From: Octopus sinensis
Taxonomy: Eukaryota
Assembly (NCBI RefSeq): GCF_006345805.1
Contig: NC_043008.1
Span: forward strand, 34,100,001-34,164,000
Direction of reading: 5' to 3'
DNA: 64,000 bases
The position numbers and the translations under genes were made by a program. The stretch's first letter is position 1. Every line of letters starts with the position of its first letter. The notes under the pieces are model-generated. The model saw only the letters and a list, made by a program, of their open reading frames with translations. It was not told where the DNA came from and ran no database searches. Below, piece by piece: positions 13,286-25,558 of the stretch.

Positions 13286-13860
13286 ATGCCCTGATACAGT
13301 ACCAGGAAGTGGCTCTCACGGCTTTTGATCTTAACTGATTGGAAGTATTATCATGTACATTGTTATGCCTTGGTATAAATGATGGGCTACTGCTCAATAC
13401 CACAGATTTGCTTTCAGTTGTTTGATCTTAACCAGTTGAGCATATCCCTTGGTGGCTGACGATATGTGAATTTCTGGTCGTGAGCAGAAGTAGTGGGGGA
13501 ACATCATAGCCATGTGTTGAAAGGAATTATTTGGGATTTGAATAATTCACCTCTGGAAACATGGGTGTTTTGTGCATCATCCTTCAACAAACCTATTCAG
13601 GGACCTTTTGAGCAGGATGGGCTACTCAACCTGAAGAAAATTCTAACTGAGCCCACCTGCAAGGTTATGTCCTGTTTCTCTTGATATAAGATCACAATGT
13701 CATGCACATATGATTGTAATGTAGAATACAAAGGGGAATGATTGTAATGTAATGTACCCAGTGTACCCTTATCAGATTGATAGTCATGATAGGTATATTG
13801 GGCTTGGTATATTTTATCCCAGTGTCACTTTGATTGCATACGCTGCTCTCTCACTCACTC
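13286..13860 (+). mobile_element. ~555-575 bp non-coding interspersed element between (AAT)n tracts (copy 1 of 4)
   Basis: Starts atgccctgat.cagtaccagg and ends ccagtgtcactttgat..cat.cgctgctctctcactc. Homologous to the reverse complements at 22577, 25130 and 30167. Confidence 0.9.
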
Positions 13861-13861
13861 A

Positions 13862-13950
<89 letters not shown>

Positions 13951-13957
13951 ACTGATA

Positions 13958-13992
<35 letters not shown>

Positions 13993-14043
13993 AATAATAA
14001 TAATAATAATAATAATAATATAATAATGATGATGATGATAATG

Positions 14044-14093
<50 letters not shown>

Positions 14094-14095
14094 CC
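13861..14095. repeat. Compound (AAT)n/(GAT)n microsatellite
   Basis: Directly visible. Confidence 0.98.
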
Positions 14096-14169
14096 ATGGA
14101 TGGAATTTATAAATATTTTAATGCATCACTATGCACGTTTCTACAAATCACGTTTTTTACAATCATAGT

Positions 14170-15430
14170 CTGTATCCCTGGGATGATCACAGTACTGTCC
14201 GTAGAATCCATGGACATCAGGTGGATCATATTCATGCTTTCATTACTTCAGGCGATACGGCATTTATGTTGTTGATGTAAGCAGTAGATGTATAACTGAG
14301 GTTTGTTTATCAATTTTGATCAATGTAAAGGTTGATTGAGGTATGAGGGCATTTCTGTGTGTATCTGGCAGGGAGGAATAGAAAATGATGGAGAGAGAGA
14401 AAGGAATGGTAGTTATAAAGCAGAGAAGAGGTGTGTGTGTGGTGATGTTAGACTCATTTTGATATTGGAGTATGCAGATATCAGGATGGGTAGTATAGTT
14501 CATTGGTTTGACTTTAGTTATAGCAGGCGGCCTCTTGGTAAATTCAGATGTAGTAAAGTCAATATGTAAGACTATTCAGTTGTTGGAGTTCCTTGTCTGA
14601 GTTGACAAAAGATTTTCTGTTAAAATGTCCTTTTAATTACTTTTGGTGGTATAATGGTATATCATATAGCATGTAAGGATAATGATTGTTTCATTTAGTT
14701 GTTAATATGTTCCTCTCGTTTTTTATTATATGCTAAAGGCAGTTAGTGTTTTTCTCGAATTCGAGGAATGATACCTTGCTGTTATGCTTACATGATTTGA
14801 TTACTTTGGAGTGTCTATTAATTATGTTTTCACTGGATGTGAGGATCTCCAGGGATTTTCCTATGCATAAAACCTGCGATGTTCTAGTGTATGGTGCAGC
14901 ATTTTTTATTGTACATCAGTTTGTCAAATACTCCATTCAATTATGTTAGACCTCCAGATGAGGTTAGATAATAATGTGGAGTACCTTTTGTTTACATTGG
15001 AAAATGACGTAATATAGTGGTGCAGACGATTTTTCAAGGTGTCTCTTGAACCACCAGTGTATACATATTTCGGTGTTCCCATGAGATGTCACATATGCCT
15101 GTTGATAATTTTGCGATATTTGGCACATTTTGGGAAATGTCTATCTAATGCTCAGAAGAATTCCTGACTTATTTTTGATTTTATTTGCGAATTGAAACTT
15201 GGGTTAAACCAAATAATTTCATCGCTTATTTTTCCATTTCTTTTAATAAACCTATTATTTTTTTATATCCTTGTATGTTGGATATATAATAGTATGGATG
15301 GTTTAAGTTGAATTAGCCCGCATTAGGAAGTCGCTTCAAGTTGATAAGCGTAAAATGTATAATTACCATTTTCGTTAGCAGTTTATGATATGATATTAAG
15401 AGACTTGAGTAATGAATAAATCTTTTTGAA
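14170..15430 (-). mobile_element. Degenerate Penelope-like element (Naiad/Chlamys-like), C-terminal GIY-YIG region plus downstream UTR
   Basis: The reverse strand gives EIIWFNPSFNSQIKSKI..EFF.ALDRHFPK..KYRKIINR, YTGG, LSN.IWR and ENIINRHS..IKSCKH, resembling the IIWFNPP/KHFP motifs of that PLE group. Confidence 0.6.
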
Positions 15431-15881
15431 CACAACTTTGGCAGTTAGTAATAAATGAAAGTCCATGAAATGAGATCGCAATTGGAGTAGGCATTAGGGA
15501 TTTTATACCTTACTTGAAGCGTTTTGCATCATGTATGTATTTTTCTTGGAATGCCTGACACAACCGTATTGAAGCTTTGAAGCACAATATCAATGAAATG
15601 CTTGCAGAAAGTCTGAATGTTAATGGCTACAGTTTGGTGAAGATGTGAAGAATGCAGTAGAGGAATAACTAGGTGCAAAGTCCCAACTAGGCCAAGATTG
15701 ATGTGGTGGTGGAACAGTGTAGCTGACAGGACCATTAAAGTAAAGAAATAGACTTGGAAGGACAGGAAGTGTGGCAGTAGCAAGTTGTCTATATTAGACA
15801 ACTAAAAGGGAAGCCAGGGGTAAAGCAAAAGGGAACAAGTTTGCCAATGTTCTGCAGCATGAAGACCAGTGACTTGAAGTG

Positions 15882-17939
15882 TGTAGCGATATTGATATCC
15901 TCACTCTTTGGGAGACACAATAAGAATGATTTTGTTTGAGATTACAACCATCTTTGGCTAGTTTGACCCTGTTGTGTCCACTGCTCTGACTGGTTGGCAT
16001 CTAGCGCGAGTTGTCTCTCTACTTATTTTGCGCCAGGGTGTAAAGCCAACCAATCATGACCTTCGGATAAGATGCCCTTCTTTGAGCCAGTTTAACTCCT
16101 TAAATAGGCTAGCATTTTCACTACACCCTATTCGGCGATGTTACGATATAAGTACTGGTGTACTTCCGGAAGTACCAGATACATTTCCAAAAAGTGTTTT
16201 TTTATATATATGGGGGTTAGGGTTAGGGTTAAGGTTAGGGTTAAGGTTAGGGTTAGGGTTTGTGTTAGGGTGACTTTGTTTACATTTCTGAAGATAACAG
16301 AAACCCTTGTCGGATCTTTTCCTTTTGAATGGCAGTTTTCAACACAATTTCTAGTTAACTAAACACTTTTAAACTTCGTATACTGGTAGAATGTGTCAAA
16401 ATAAAACATTTTTTTCTCTTGGCTTTCTTGAGAAAATTGTAATTCGTTTGTTTAACGTAGTTTACTTTTTCGAATTTTAACCAATCCTATGCCCTCTATC
16501 GAGCTAAAATCATTTGCTGTGTCTAAAACAGACAACATCCTGTCACTAATCGTAACCCTAAATTTTAGCCTTTCATTTTTTGTTTTTTTTTATTTGTTAA
16601 ATTAATTTAAGGATGACAATTAAGAAAAAAAAAACGAAAGGCTAAAACGAAATCAATGGAAGATAATTTTAATTTAACAATTAAGAAAAAAAAAAAAACA
16701 AAAGGCTAAAACGAAAGCAAAAACTCAAAACAAAAACAAAACGAATAATTTTAGACACACACGTAACAATTAAATTAATTTAACAATTAAGAAAAAAAAA
16801 ACCGAAAGGCTAAAATTTAGGGTTAGGGTTAGAGTGAGGGTTAGGGTTAGTGACAGGATGTTTTCTCAGTTTTAGATGCAGCAAATGATTTTAGCTCAAA
16901 AGGATTGGTTAAAATTCGAAAAATTAAACTATGTTAAACTTACAAATTACAATTTTCTCAAGAAAGCCAAGAGAAAAAAATGTTATATTTTGACACATTC
17001 TACCAGTATACGAAGTTTAAAAGTGATTAGTTAACTGGAAATTGTGTTGAAAACTGCCGTTCAAAAGGAAAAGATCCCCCTTTTCTCCCACCCTAACCCT
17101 AATAGAAACCCTAACCCTAACCCCTCCCTATATAAAAAAAACACTGTTTTGAATGTATCCGGTACTTACATCGCCCACGTCTTTCGGTTTTAGACCTTTT
17201 AAGATCTAGCCACTGATCACAGCGCTACTCAGCCATGTTCCAGTTCCAACGACAGACGACCAGCCTGCCAGCCGTGCTCCTGCTTCAGCTACGACGACGC
17301 TAATGTACACCCGCAGCTTTACATCATCTCCACCATCGTCGTCCACATCTCCATCGACTTCAACATGTATACATCAACAACACGACCAAGTTTAACTCAT
17401 GCTGTTTGTGTGAATCTTTCACCGAGAAGAAACAGTCAGTCTACCAAAAGAACTATCTATATCAAGAGACTCGGTATGGCATGATAGCCACAACTTCTAC
17501 ACATGTAGTAACCGGCTCTGCCACGTGACCCACAACATCTTGTTATAGAACTTACTATTGTGTAACACTTGAACCGGTAAACTAACTCTATCTTAACACA
17601 ATATGCTGAGACGTATCTTATGCTCTGTTCTCTGTTATATGCATGCACCTTTATTTGTACCTTCTGTCGCACACACGGACACACAGACACAAACACTTGT
17701 CGCATGCTCACATACACAACACCTCGCTAACACTCACACACACTCTCATTGTACACATTGTAAATAAAGTCCTCTTCTCTCTCAAACAGTAGAACGGCTT
17801 GTTGTCATCATTCATTCCTTTGGCACTGTTTTTTATATCCATGTATTTGGCTTTCTTATTTATGTTAGGGAACGACCGTGCGGCATTCTAAAGGAGACAT
17901 TTGTCGCCAACTCCTTACATACGGTCGTTTAACCCTACA
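15882..17939 (+). mobile_element. Solo LTR (Gypsy-like termini) containing a nested foldback element
   Basis: Termini are TGTAG...CTACA with a 4-bp TSD AGTG (15878-15881 / 17940-17943), and AATAAA lies at ~17763. Removing it rejoins the RTE reading frame. Confidence 0.8.
16134..17175. mobile_element. Nested inverted-repeat (foldback/MITE) structure with TTAGGG arrays
   Basis: Outer IR: ggcgatgt...aagtaccagatacatt / aatgtatccggtacttacatcgcc, with (TTAGGG)n ~16215-16270 and (CCCTAA)n ~17093-17123. Inner ~280-bp IR 16312-17077: ggatcttttccttttgaatggcagttttcaacac / gtgttgaaaactgccgttcaaaaggaaaagatcc. Confidence 0.85.
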
Positions 17940-20146
17940 AGTGTTTTGGTTTGCAAAACAGTGGGCCACGGAAAACTGTGATGTTGTTGGGAAAAAGTGT
18001 ATTCACATGGATGATGATTCACTGGTAATTAGTGACACCGCAAAACAAGAGGCTTGGAAGTGCCATTATGAAAGGCTACTAAATGTAATGAACTCATGGG
18101 AGAAGGAAAGTCTGCCTACCAATCAGAACAGACAGTAGCATGGTAGATAAAGCCATGAAGAATATGAAGACTAGGAAAGCCCCCAACCTATCAGGAATCA
18201 CTGCTGAGATGTTTAAAATACCTGACAGTGTTGGTTATAGTCTAGTTACTCAGGTTATACCTGAGGAAGTTATACCAAATGACTGGTATGGCAACACTAT
18301 TGTCAGCTGCTCAAAGGTAAAGGCAACAGCTTAGACAGAAATAATTACAGAGGTATCAAATTGTTGCATCAGGCAATGAAAGTTATAGAGAGGGTTGTAG
18401 CCCAACTAATTAGGAAGAGAGTTAGTCTAAATGAGACACAGTTTGGTTTTGTGCCAGGGAGAAGCACCACCTGTGCTATATTTCTGGTAAGGAAGCTGAA
18501 GGAGGAATACTGAGCCAAAAATAAACCTCTATACTTGGTTTTTGTTGATATGGAGAAAGCCTTTGACAGGGTCTCCCACTCTCTTATCTGGTGGTCAATG
18601 TGGAGTAATTAGAGCTGTACAAGCCATGTACAGAGAGGCTCTCAGTAAGGTGAGAGTTGGCAACAATTACTACGATGAATTCAGGGTATGAGTAAGGGTT
18701 CACCAATGATCAATCCTCAGCTCCCTCTTGTTCTTCATAGTCCTCCAGGCAATAACAGAGGAATTTAAGTCGGGCTGTCCCTGGGAGCTCCTCTGTACTG
18801 ATGACCTTATTCTTATTGCCAAATCACTACCAGAACTAGAGAAGAAATTTTAGGTGTGGAAGCAAGATCTAGAATCAAAGAGACTTAAAGTTGATTTAGC
18901 AAAAACCAAGATCCTAGATCCTAGGAAAGTGAACCAATCACAAATTCCTTCATATAGATGGCCCTCCTCAGTATGTGGAAAAGGCGTAAGTAGAAACTCC
19001 ATAAGATGTACAAGCTATGGACACATAAGAAGTGCAGCAATATCAGACGAAGATTAACAGGGGAAATAGATTTTGAATGTGGAAGGTGTACAATTACAAT
19101 AAACACTAAAAATGTTCAGAAAATGGACTTCAGCAAATACCAGGGAGGACACCTAAAAGTAGTTGATAGCATCCATTATCAATGTGAGCAAGTCATTAGC
19201 CAAAGTGGATGCTCTGGGGGAATAACTGCTAGAATAAGAATAGGCTGGGCAAAGTTCAAAGAGCTCCTACCTCTGTTGGTAACATAGGGCCTCTCTTACA
19301 GAATGAAAGGCAGTGTGTTTGATGCCTGTGTATAAACAGCCATGCTACACAGTAGTGAAACATGGGCGATGACCACTGAGGACATGCATAGGCTTGAAAG
19401 AAATGAAGTTAACATACTTTGCTGGCTGTGCAATGTCAGTGTGCATGTACGACAGAGTGTAAGCATCTTGAGAGGAAAGTTGGGCATAAGAGGCATCAGA
19501 TGTGGTGTGCAAGAGAGACAACTTCACTGCTATAGTTATGTGATGCATATGGACGAGGATAGGTGGGTAAAGAAATGCTAATTTCTAACTGTGGAGGGAA
19601 CCTGTGATAGAGGTACACCCAGAAAGACATGGAATGGGGTGGTGAAGCAAGATCTTCGATTGTTTGGCCTCATTGAGGCAATGAGAATTGACCAAGACCT
19701 TTAGTGATGTGTTGTGCTTGAGAAGATTCATCAAGCCAAGTGGAATAGTAGTTGTGGCCAATGCTAGTGTCACATAACTGACACATAAAATGCACATGGA
19801 ATGCATAACTGAACATTGGGCCTCATGGAGGCAATGACAAATGACCGAGACCTTTGGCAATTTGCTGTGCATGAGAAAACTCATCAAACCAAATGAAATC
19901 AGAGTTTTGACTGATGCAAGTATCACGTAACTGGGACCCATACCAGTGACATGTAAAAGGCACCCAGTATACTGTATGGAGTGGTTGGTGTTGTGAAGGG
20001 CATCCAGCCTTAGAAACCATGCCATGACTAGAACTTAGTGCAGCTCTCCAGCTTACCAGTTTCGGTCAAACTGTCTAACCCATGCTAGCATGGAAAGCAG
20101 ACTCTAAATGATGATGATGATGTGATGATACACACACACACACACA

Positions 20147-20348
20147 TGAGGGAGTGCTGAAAAGTTCCTGGCTTTGGGTAAGAGAAAATACAGGAGGATT
20201 AGTTAACTAAAATTTTATTCAAAGTATTCCCCTTTCATGCAATGGTCCTTCAGTTTTTCTAAACCCTGCAAAAGACCTTTAAGTTTGGGCCTCCAGCCAG
20301 GCTTTTCAGGAAAGCCTTAAAGCCAGGACTTTTCAGCACTCCACCTCA
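20147..20348. mobile_element. Tc1/mariner-type MITE
   Basis: TIRs tgagggagtgctgaaaagttcctggcttt / aaagccaggacttttcagcactccacctca; TA at the right flank. Confidence 0.8.
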
Positions 20349-20354
20349 TATATA

Positions 20355-20513
20355 CCCTATTATAACATGTATAAGGAACCCTTTTGTTTTCAAAAATTAG
20401 GTTAAAAGATATGGGAGTTTCTTATATATGGATAGCACAAAACCATTTTCCCAAATTTTAAGCCCCCAAAATTAGGGAGTTCCTTATACACGAGGGTTCC
20501 TTATAAAATATGG
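20355..20513. mobile_element. pogo/Tigger-like MITE remnant
   Basis: TA-flanked ccctatta...aaatatgg with internal gtataagg/ccttatac repeats; architecture similar to 54569-55317. Confidence 0.4.
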
Positions 20514-21149
20514 TATATTGATTTGTGGATCTGTTTTTGTGTTTGTATTTGTCCCCTACCACTGCTTGGCAACTAGTGTTGGTTTGTTTACATAACCATG
20601 ACTTAGCGATTCAGCAAAAGAGGCTGATAGAATGAATACCAGGTTTAAAAAAAAGTATGTGTTCTGGTTGATTTGTTTGACAGTGCCCCAACATGGCCAC
20701 AGTCCAATGACTTAAAAGAGTAAAAGGTAAAACACTCATTTATATTTTGTTTCATTTTTCACACAAACTCACACACACATATATGCATGTGTGTATGCAT
20801 ACACGCACACACACATGCACACAAACACACATCACACACACAATTATGATAATGCAACTGAAATATAAGAATGTAACATTATGTAAAACAGAAATGAATC
20901 GATGTCTATGTTTTTGATGAGATGAAAATTAATATTTCAAGAATTCATGAAAGAAGTTATAAGTTAGAATACTTACTATAAACTATTTGCAGGAGAGAAA
21001 GTAAAATGAAAATGCGATTCATAATCTGAAAGTAAACAAAATATTTGAATGACTTTTTGGAAATAGAGAAAATATATCACACTTTATTGAAAGTCAGATC
21101 AGTCACACTCAGTACTCAAAATTTCCCATTACAAATATGTGTACCTTTT

Positions 21150-21365
21150 CTTTACTACTCTAGACACAAGGCCCAAAATTTGTAGGGAGGGGTAAGTCGA
21201 TTGTATCGACCCTGGTATGCACCTGGTACTCAATTTATCTACCCTGAAAAGATGATAGGTAAAGTCGACCTCGGCGGAATTTGAACTCAGAATGTAAAGA
21301 CAGACAAAAAACCGCTAAGCATTTTGCCTGGTATGCTAATGTTACTGCCAACTCGCCGCCTTACA
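21150..21365 (-). mobile_element. tRNA-derived SINE (GAGCTGGCAGAA family)
   Basis: ctctagacacaaggcccaaaatt...aaagtcgacctcggcggaatttgaactcagaa...ctgccaactcgcc. Confidence 0.9.
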
Positions 21366-21539
21366 AATATGTGTACCTGTGTGCTAATGAGGGAGCTTCC
21401 TCATGATTATCTGACTGAGTAGAAATAACAGTTAAATCTTTCTCATCTCTAACCTTACCATCATAAAACAGGAAGAGCACATTGGTTTATGTTGTTTCAG
21501 GTACACTATGTTAAAAAAAATGAGATTTTAAAATTTTAT

Positions 21540-21955
21540 TCTTTTACTTGTTTGACTTATTTGACTGCAGCCATGCTGGAGCACTGCCTTGAAGGATTTT
21601 AGTCGAACAAGTCGACCCACGATTTTTTTTTTTAAGGCTAGTATTTATTTATTGGTTCCTTTTGCTGAAGTTATGAGGATCTAAACACACCAACACCATT
21701 TGTCAAGCAGTTATGGGGGGGGGGGGACAAACACAGACACAAAGACACACACACACACACACACACACCACACACACACACACATACGACAGGCTTCTTT
21801 TAGTTTCCATCTACTAAATCCAGTCACAGGCTTTTTTGGCCTGAGGCTATAGTAGAAGACATTTGTTCAAGATGGCACATGGTGGGACTGAACCTGGAAC
21901 CATGTGGTTAGGAAGCAGGTTTCTTACCATGCAGCCATGCCTGTGCCTATGGTTA
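21540..21955 (-). mobile_element. tRNA-derived SINE with CORE-like segment and central (TG)n
   Basis: Reverse complement of the 44155-44570 family (gggactgaacctggaaccatgtgg; ttgactgcagccatgctggagcact). Confidence 0.85.
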
Positions 21956-22050
21956 TGAATGGAATACCTTGATCACAGGTTTGCTCAGACATGGCCAAAC
22001 TGAGGTAAATAGCAACGACATATGTATCTATAATAGACACGCACAAACAT

Positions 22051-22084
<34 letters not shown>

Positions 22085-22422
22085 ACACATGCACACCCAC
22101 ACACATGCTTGTGCACACACATACATTCATCCCTAAGGCACTCCTGTCGTCCTACTCACATGTTTCTTCAGCTCTTATCACCTTTGTTATATCTTATCGC
22201 CCCACCCTCACCTGACCCTGCCCTAAGAACTATGCTCAGTCCTTTTGCTCTTGACCATTGGCCTTTCTGGAATCTTCTTCAGCTTAGATTTTCCTTGTGG
22301 TGTTGATGTGCAACTGTTTCAAAGGAACATTAGCAACAAAATGCTCTTCAGTCTTGGAGGATCTGTTTAGTCATGGGCGCTATCTTTGTCTTTAGCCAAT
22401 AAAATATAAATTAATCAAATTT

Positions 22423-22448
22423 AATTGTTGTTGCTATTATTATTATTA

Positions 22449-22543
<95 letters not shown>

Positions 22544-22576
22544 GTTATTATTATCATTATTATTGTTATTATTATT
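22423..22576. repeat. (ATT)n microsatellite
   Basis: Directly visible; abuts the 3' end of the 555-bp element. Confidence 0.98.
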
Positions 22577-24070
22577 GAGTGAGAGAGTAGTGCATGCCAT
22601 CAAAGTGACACTGGGGTACAAATATATGAAGCTCAATATACATATCATGACTACCTGTCTGATAAGGGTGCATCACAACCATATATGCATGACATGTGAT
22701 TTCATATCAAGATAAACAGTGCATGACCAGGTGGTGTCTTTCTTCAGGTTGAGTAGCCCCATCCTGCTCAAAAGTCCTTGAATAGGGTTTGTTGAAGGAT
22801 GATGAACAAGACACCCATGTTTCCAGGGATGAATTATTCAAACCCCAAAGAATTCCTCTCAACACATAGCTATGATGCTCACCAACTGCTTCTGCTTGTG
22901 ACCAAAGATGTACATACTGTCAGCCATTAAAGAACATGCTCAACTGGTTATGGTCAAGCAACTGACAAGCAAATCTGTGGTATTGAGCAGAATATTTGCT
23001 GTAGCCCATCTTTTATACCAAGACTAAACATGTACATGATAACACTTCCAATCATGTCTTGCAAACAACTTGCACATGCAAGTGCTACCAGTCAAAAACT
23101 CTGCATATCAGAAGCCAGCAAGTGTATGGGGTGATCAGGAGAGAATGCATGCCATTTCGGGACCTTCTTCTCGACAGCATCAACGCGCACTGCCCCCATT
23201 CTCTCACTGATATGAGAGCCCGCTTGCTAGATCAGCTGGTTATCAAATAAAGCTCAATATTCTTCTAGCCACCGCTCATCGTCTCTTTTTAACCAGATCC
23301 AGTGGCTAGCCTTCTCCACTGTAGTTTGGATATCAGTCATGGTGGTATTGACTTTACGATGAGTTAGGCCTAACGATAACGACAGTCGTCTCACACTGTG
23401 TCCAACGAACCCTCTACATCCGACTTCGATTGGAAAATGCTCTGCTTTCCAGCCTGCGTCTTCACATTCCTCGAGGAGGTTTACATAATGGTCAATCTTT
23501 CGAGCCCGAGTGGCGTCCATATTATTTTCATGAGGAACCCTTAATTCGACTAGATTTACAACTTTCTTTCTTTCACACCACATCAAAATGTCTGGTTTCT
23601 TCGTAATTGGGATGGGAAAGAATCCCTGGCACCCAGGTAAATCTGCAGTCACCTCCCAATAGCCGTTCCACTTTTCATCTCTCACAGGAAGTTTCTTGAT
23701 CTTCTTCTTGAAACGGATCCACTGACCTGATCGCACGAAGGTAACAAAATCTCTAGACGGTTTTTTTCTCAGTGTTGTTGAGATGAATTTGGCTCTTTAT
23801 AGCATTGAAGATAACCTTAAGGACCAAGTTGTGTCTCCATGTATACCTCTTCAATGCTAATGAACAGTTGGAAAGAATATGTTTCAGTGTTCCGATCCTT
23901 CCGCATTTGCATATGCCATTCTCTGAGATGTTCCATCTTTCTAGATTCGTAGGTGATGGCAAAACATCATAAGATGAACAAATCAGGAAACTTAGCTGAG
24001 ATGTTGTCCACTTCCAATCAGTTAAGATCAAAAGCCATAAGAGCAACTGCCTAGGACTGCATCAGAGCAT
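22577..24070 (-). mobile_element. 555-bp element copy 2, split by a HERO insertion
   Basis: 22577-23054 plus 24009-24070 (cacttccaatcagttaagatc...ctgcatcagagcat) reconstitute the element. Confidence 0.9.
23055..24008 (-). mobile_element. 5'-truncated HERO-clade RLE retrotransposon with 12-bp TSD
   Basis: ORF 23753..24046 has LSFLICSSYDVLPSP and the CCHC knuckle CKCGRIGTLKHILSNC..RYTWRHN. ORF 23254..23736 has KPDILMW..LVELRVPHE..KY-like..PIEVGCRGF..ASHWIWLKR. TSD CACTTCCAATCA at 23043-23054 and 24009-24020. Confidence 0.9.
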
Positions 24071-24074
24071 TTAT

Positions 24075-25103
24075 TTCCTCCACCTTAGCGAAGGCAGAGG
24101 TATTGTTTTTGGTCATATTTGTTTGCTTGTTTCTCCGTAGACAAAATACATCAAGAACTGCTGGATGATTTTAGATGAAACTTTCAGGGAGGTTTGGCCT
24201 TGTGACTGGCACAAACCGATTAGATTTTGAGATTGCTCCAGTACCAGACAAAGATTCTGGATTACTTGTTTATATTTACTTTACTTTACATTGAGTATTA
24301 TGATCTTACGTTCACTTTCAAGTCTTTCTCTGATTATCTCCCATAAAAAGCACACTCATGGTTTCCACATAGTTTATGGTGGCATTGCTGTTTCCAAAGT
24401 TTTATTTTTGTTTCTCTATTATTATTTTTATTTGTGTCTCTATCTTAGTAGAAACTGATGGATAAAGAAATCAAACTGCATAAACAAACAGCAGCAAAAC
24501 CGTTCAGAAATTAAATAGCATTAACATATTCAGTAACTATAATAAATTTAATTTATCCTTGGCAATTTCTAGTTCTACCAATTTTGGATATATCATTCCT
24601 GTTTAAAACCTCTTCCTTTCTTGGCAATTGCATTTCTAGCTCTGTCTTGATGAAAGCTTTACTACTTGGACTCACGTTTTTGTGCCCAACGATGTTATTA
24701 AATCTCCATCAACAGCACCATAGGTCCTTTCCATTTTCTTTCATGCTCAGATAAATTTTTCACTATAGACCTTAATGGTTGTAAAGACACTATATCAGTG
24801 GGTAGACTAAAAAAGGCCTTCATAGAGAAAACTGTCTCTTCTCACTGCAGAGAACACACACGCACGGTGTTACAAACATGGCCCACACACCCACCTTCAC
24901 ATTCCACGACTACCATTGGGACCGGACAAAGATTCTAGATTATCTTTCAGGATTTTTTAAACTTAATTTTTGAGAGCAGTCGGGTTCATTTTTAGTATTC
25001 TCATTTGTGAAAGCAGTCGACTTTATTTCAGATATTCTCTCTGGCTAATTGTCAAGAGGACATTGGTGTTGCCTCAGTGAAGGTTTGCACTCTCTGAGTG
25101 CTC
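24075..25103 (+). mobile_element. Probable non-autonomous Helentron (HINE/DINE-1-like)
   Basis: 5' subterminal cctccaccttagcgaaggcagagg followed by tttgtttgcttgttt; internal repeat ccggacaaagattct.gatta (~24245, ~24922); 3' gcctcagtgaagg followed by the hairpin GCACTC-TCT-GAGTGC. Confidence 0.5.
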
Positions 25104-25129
25104 TTATTATTATAATTTTTATTATTATT

Positions 25130-25558
25130 GAGTGAGTGAGAGAGCAGTGCATGTCATCAAAGTGACACTGGGGTACAAAGCCCAATATATCCATCATGAC
25201 TACCCATCTGATAAGAATACACTGGACACATGCATCACAACTATATGTGTGCAACATAGTGATCTCATATCAAGATAAACAGCACATAACCTTGCAGGTG
25301 GGTCCCAGTTAGAGTTTTGTTCTGGTTGAGTAGCCCACTCTGCTCAAAAGCTCCCTGAATAAGGGTTGTTTAAGCATGTGGAACAAAACAACCATATTTC
25401 CAAAAGGTGAATTATTCGAACCACAAAGAATTCTTCTCAACATGTGGCTATGATGCTACCCACCACTACTTCAGCTCATAACCAGGGATGCACAATCATC
25501 AGACATGCTCAATTGGTTCAGGTCAAACAACTGATGAGCAAATCTGTGGTTTTGAGTA
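25130..25558 (-). mobile_element. 555-bp element copy 3 (5' part missing; SINE fragment at ~25580-25680)
   Basis: gagtgagtgagagagcagtgcatgtcatcaaagtgacactgggg... follows (ATT)n. Confidence 0.85.

Larger units (their letters stand above)
15560..20125 (+). mobile_element. RTE-clade LINE relic (with PHD-like Cys insert) interrupted by a solo LTR at 15882-17939
   Basis: Reads PRLMWWWN..DR.IK...FANVL..EDQ.LEV | F.FAKQ...ENCDVVG.KCI.MDD...KQEAWKCHYERLLN, NYRGIKLL, FVDMEKAFDRV, DDL.LIA and MLHSSETW. The 3' UTR contains gaagggcatccagc and ends in a (GAT)n tail. Confidence 0.9.

Noticed and set aside
16215-17125. TTAGGG arrays as a true telomere or chromosome-fusion site
   Set aside because: The arrays are short, degenerate and enclosed in TIR elements nested in an LTR.
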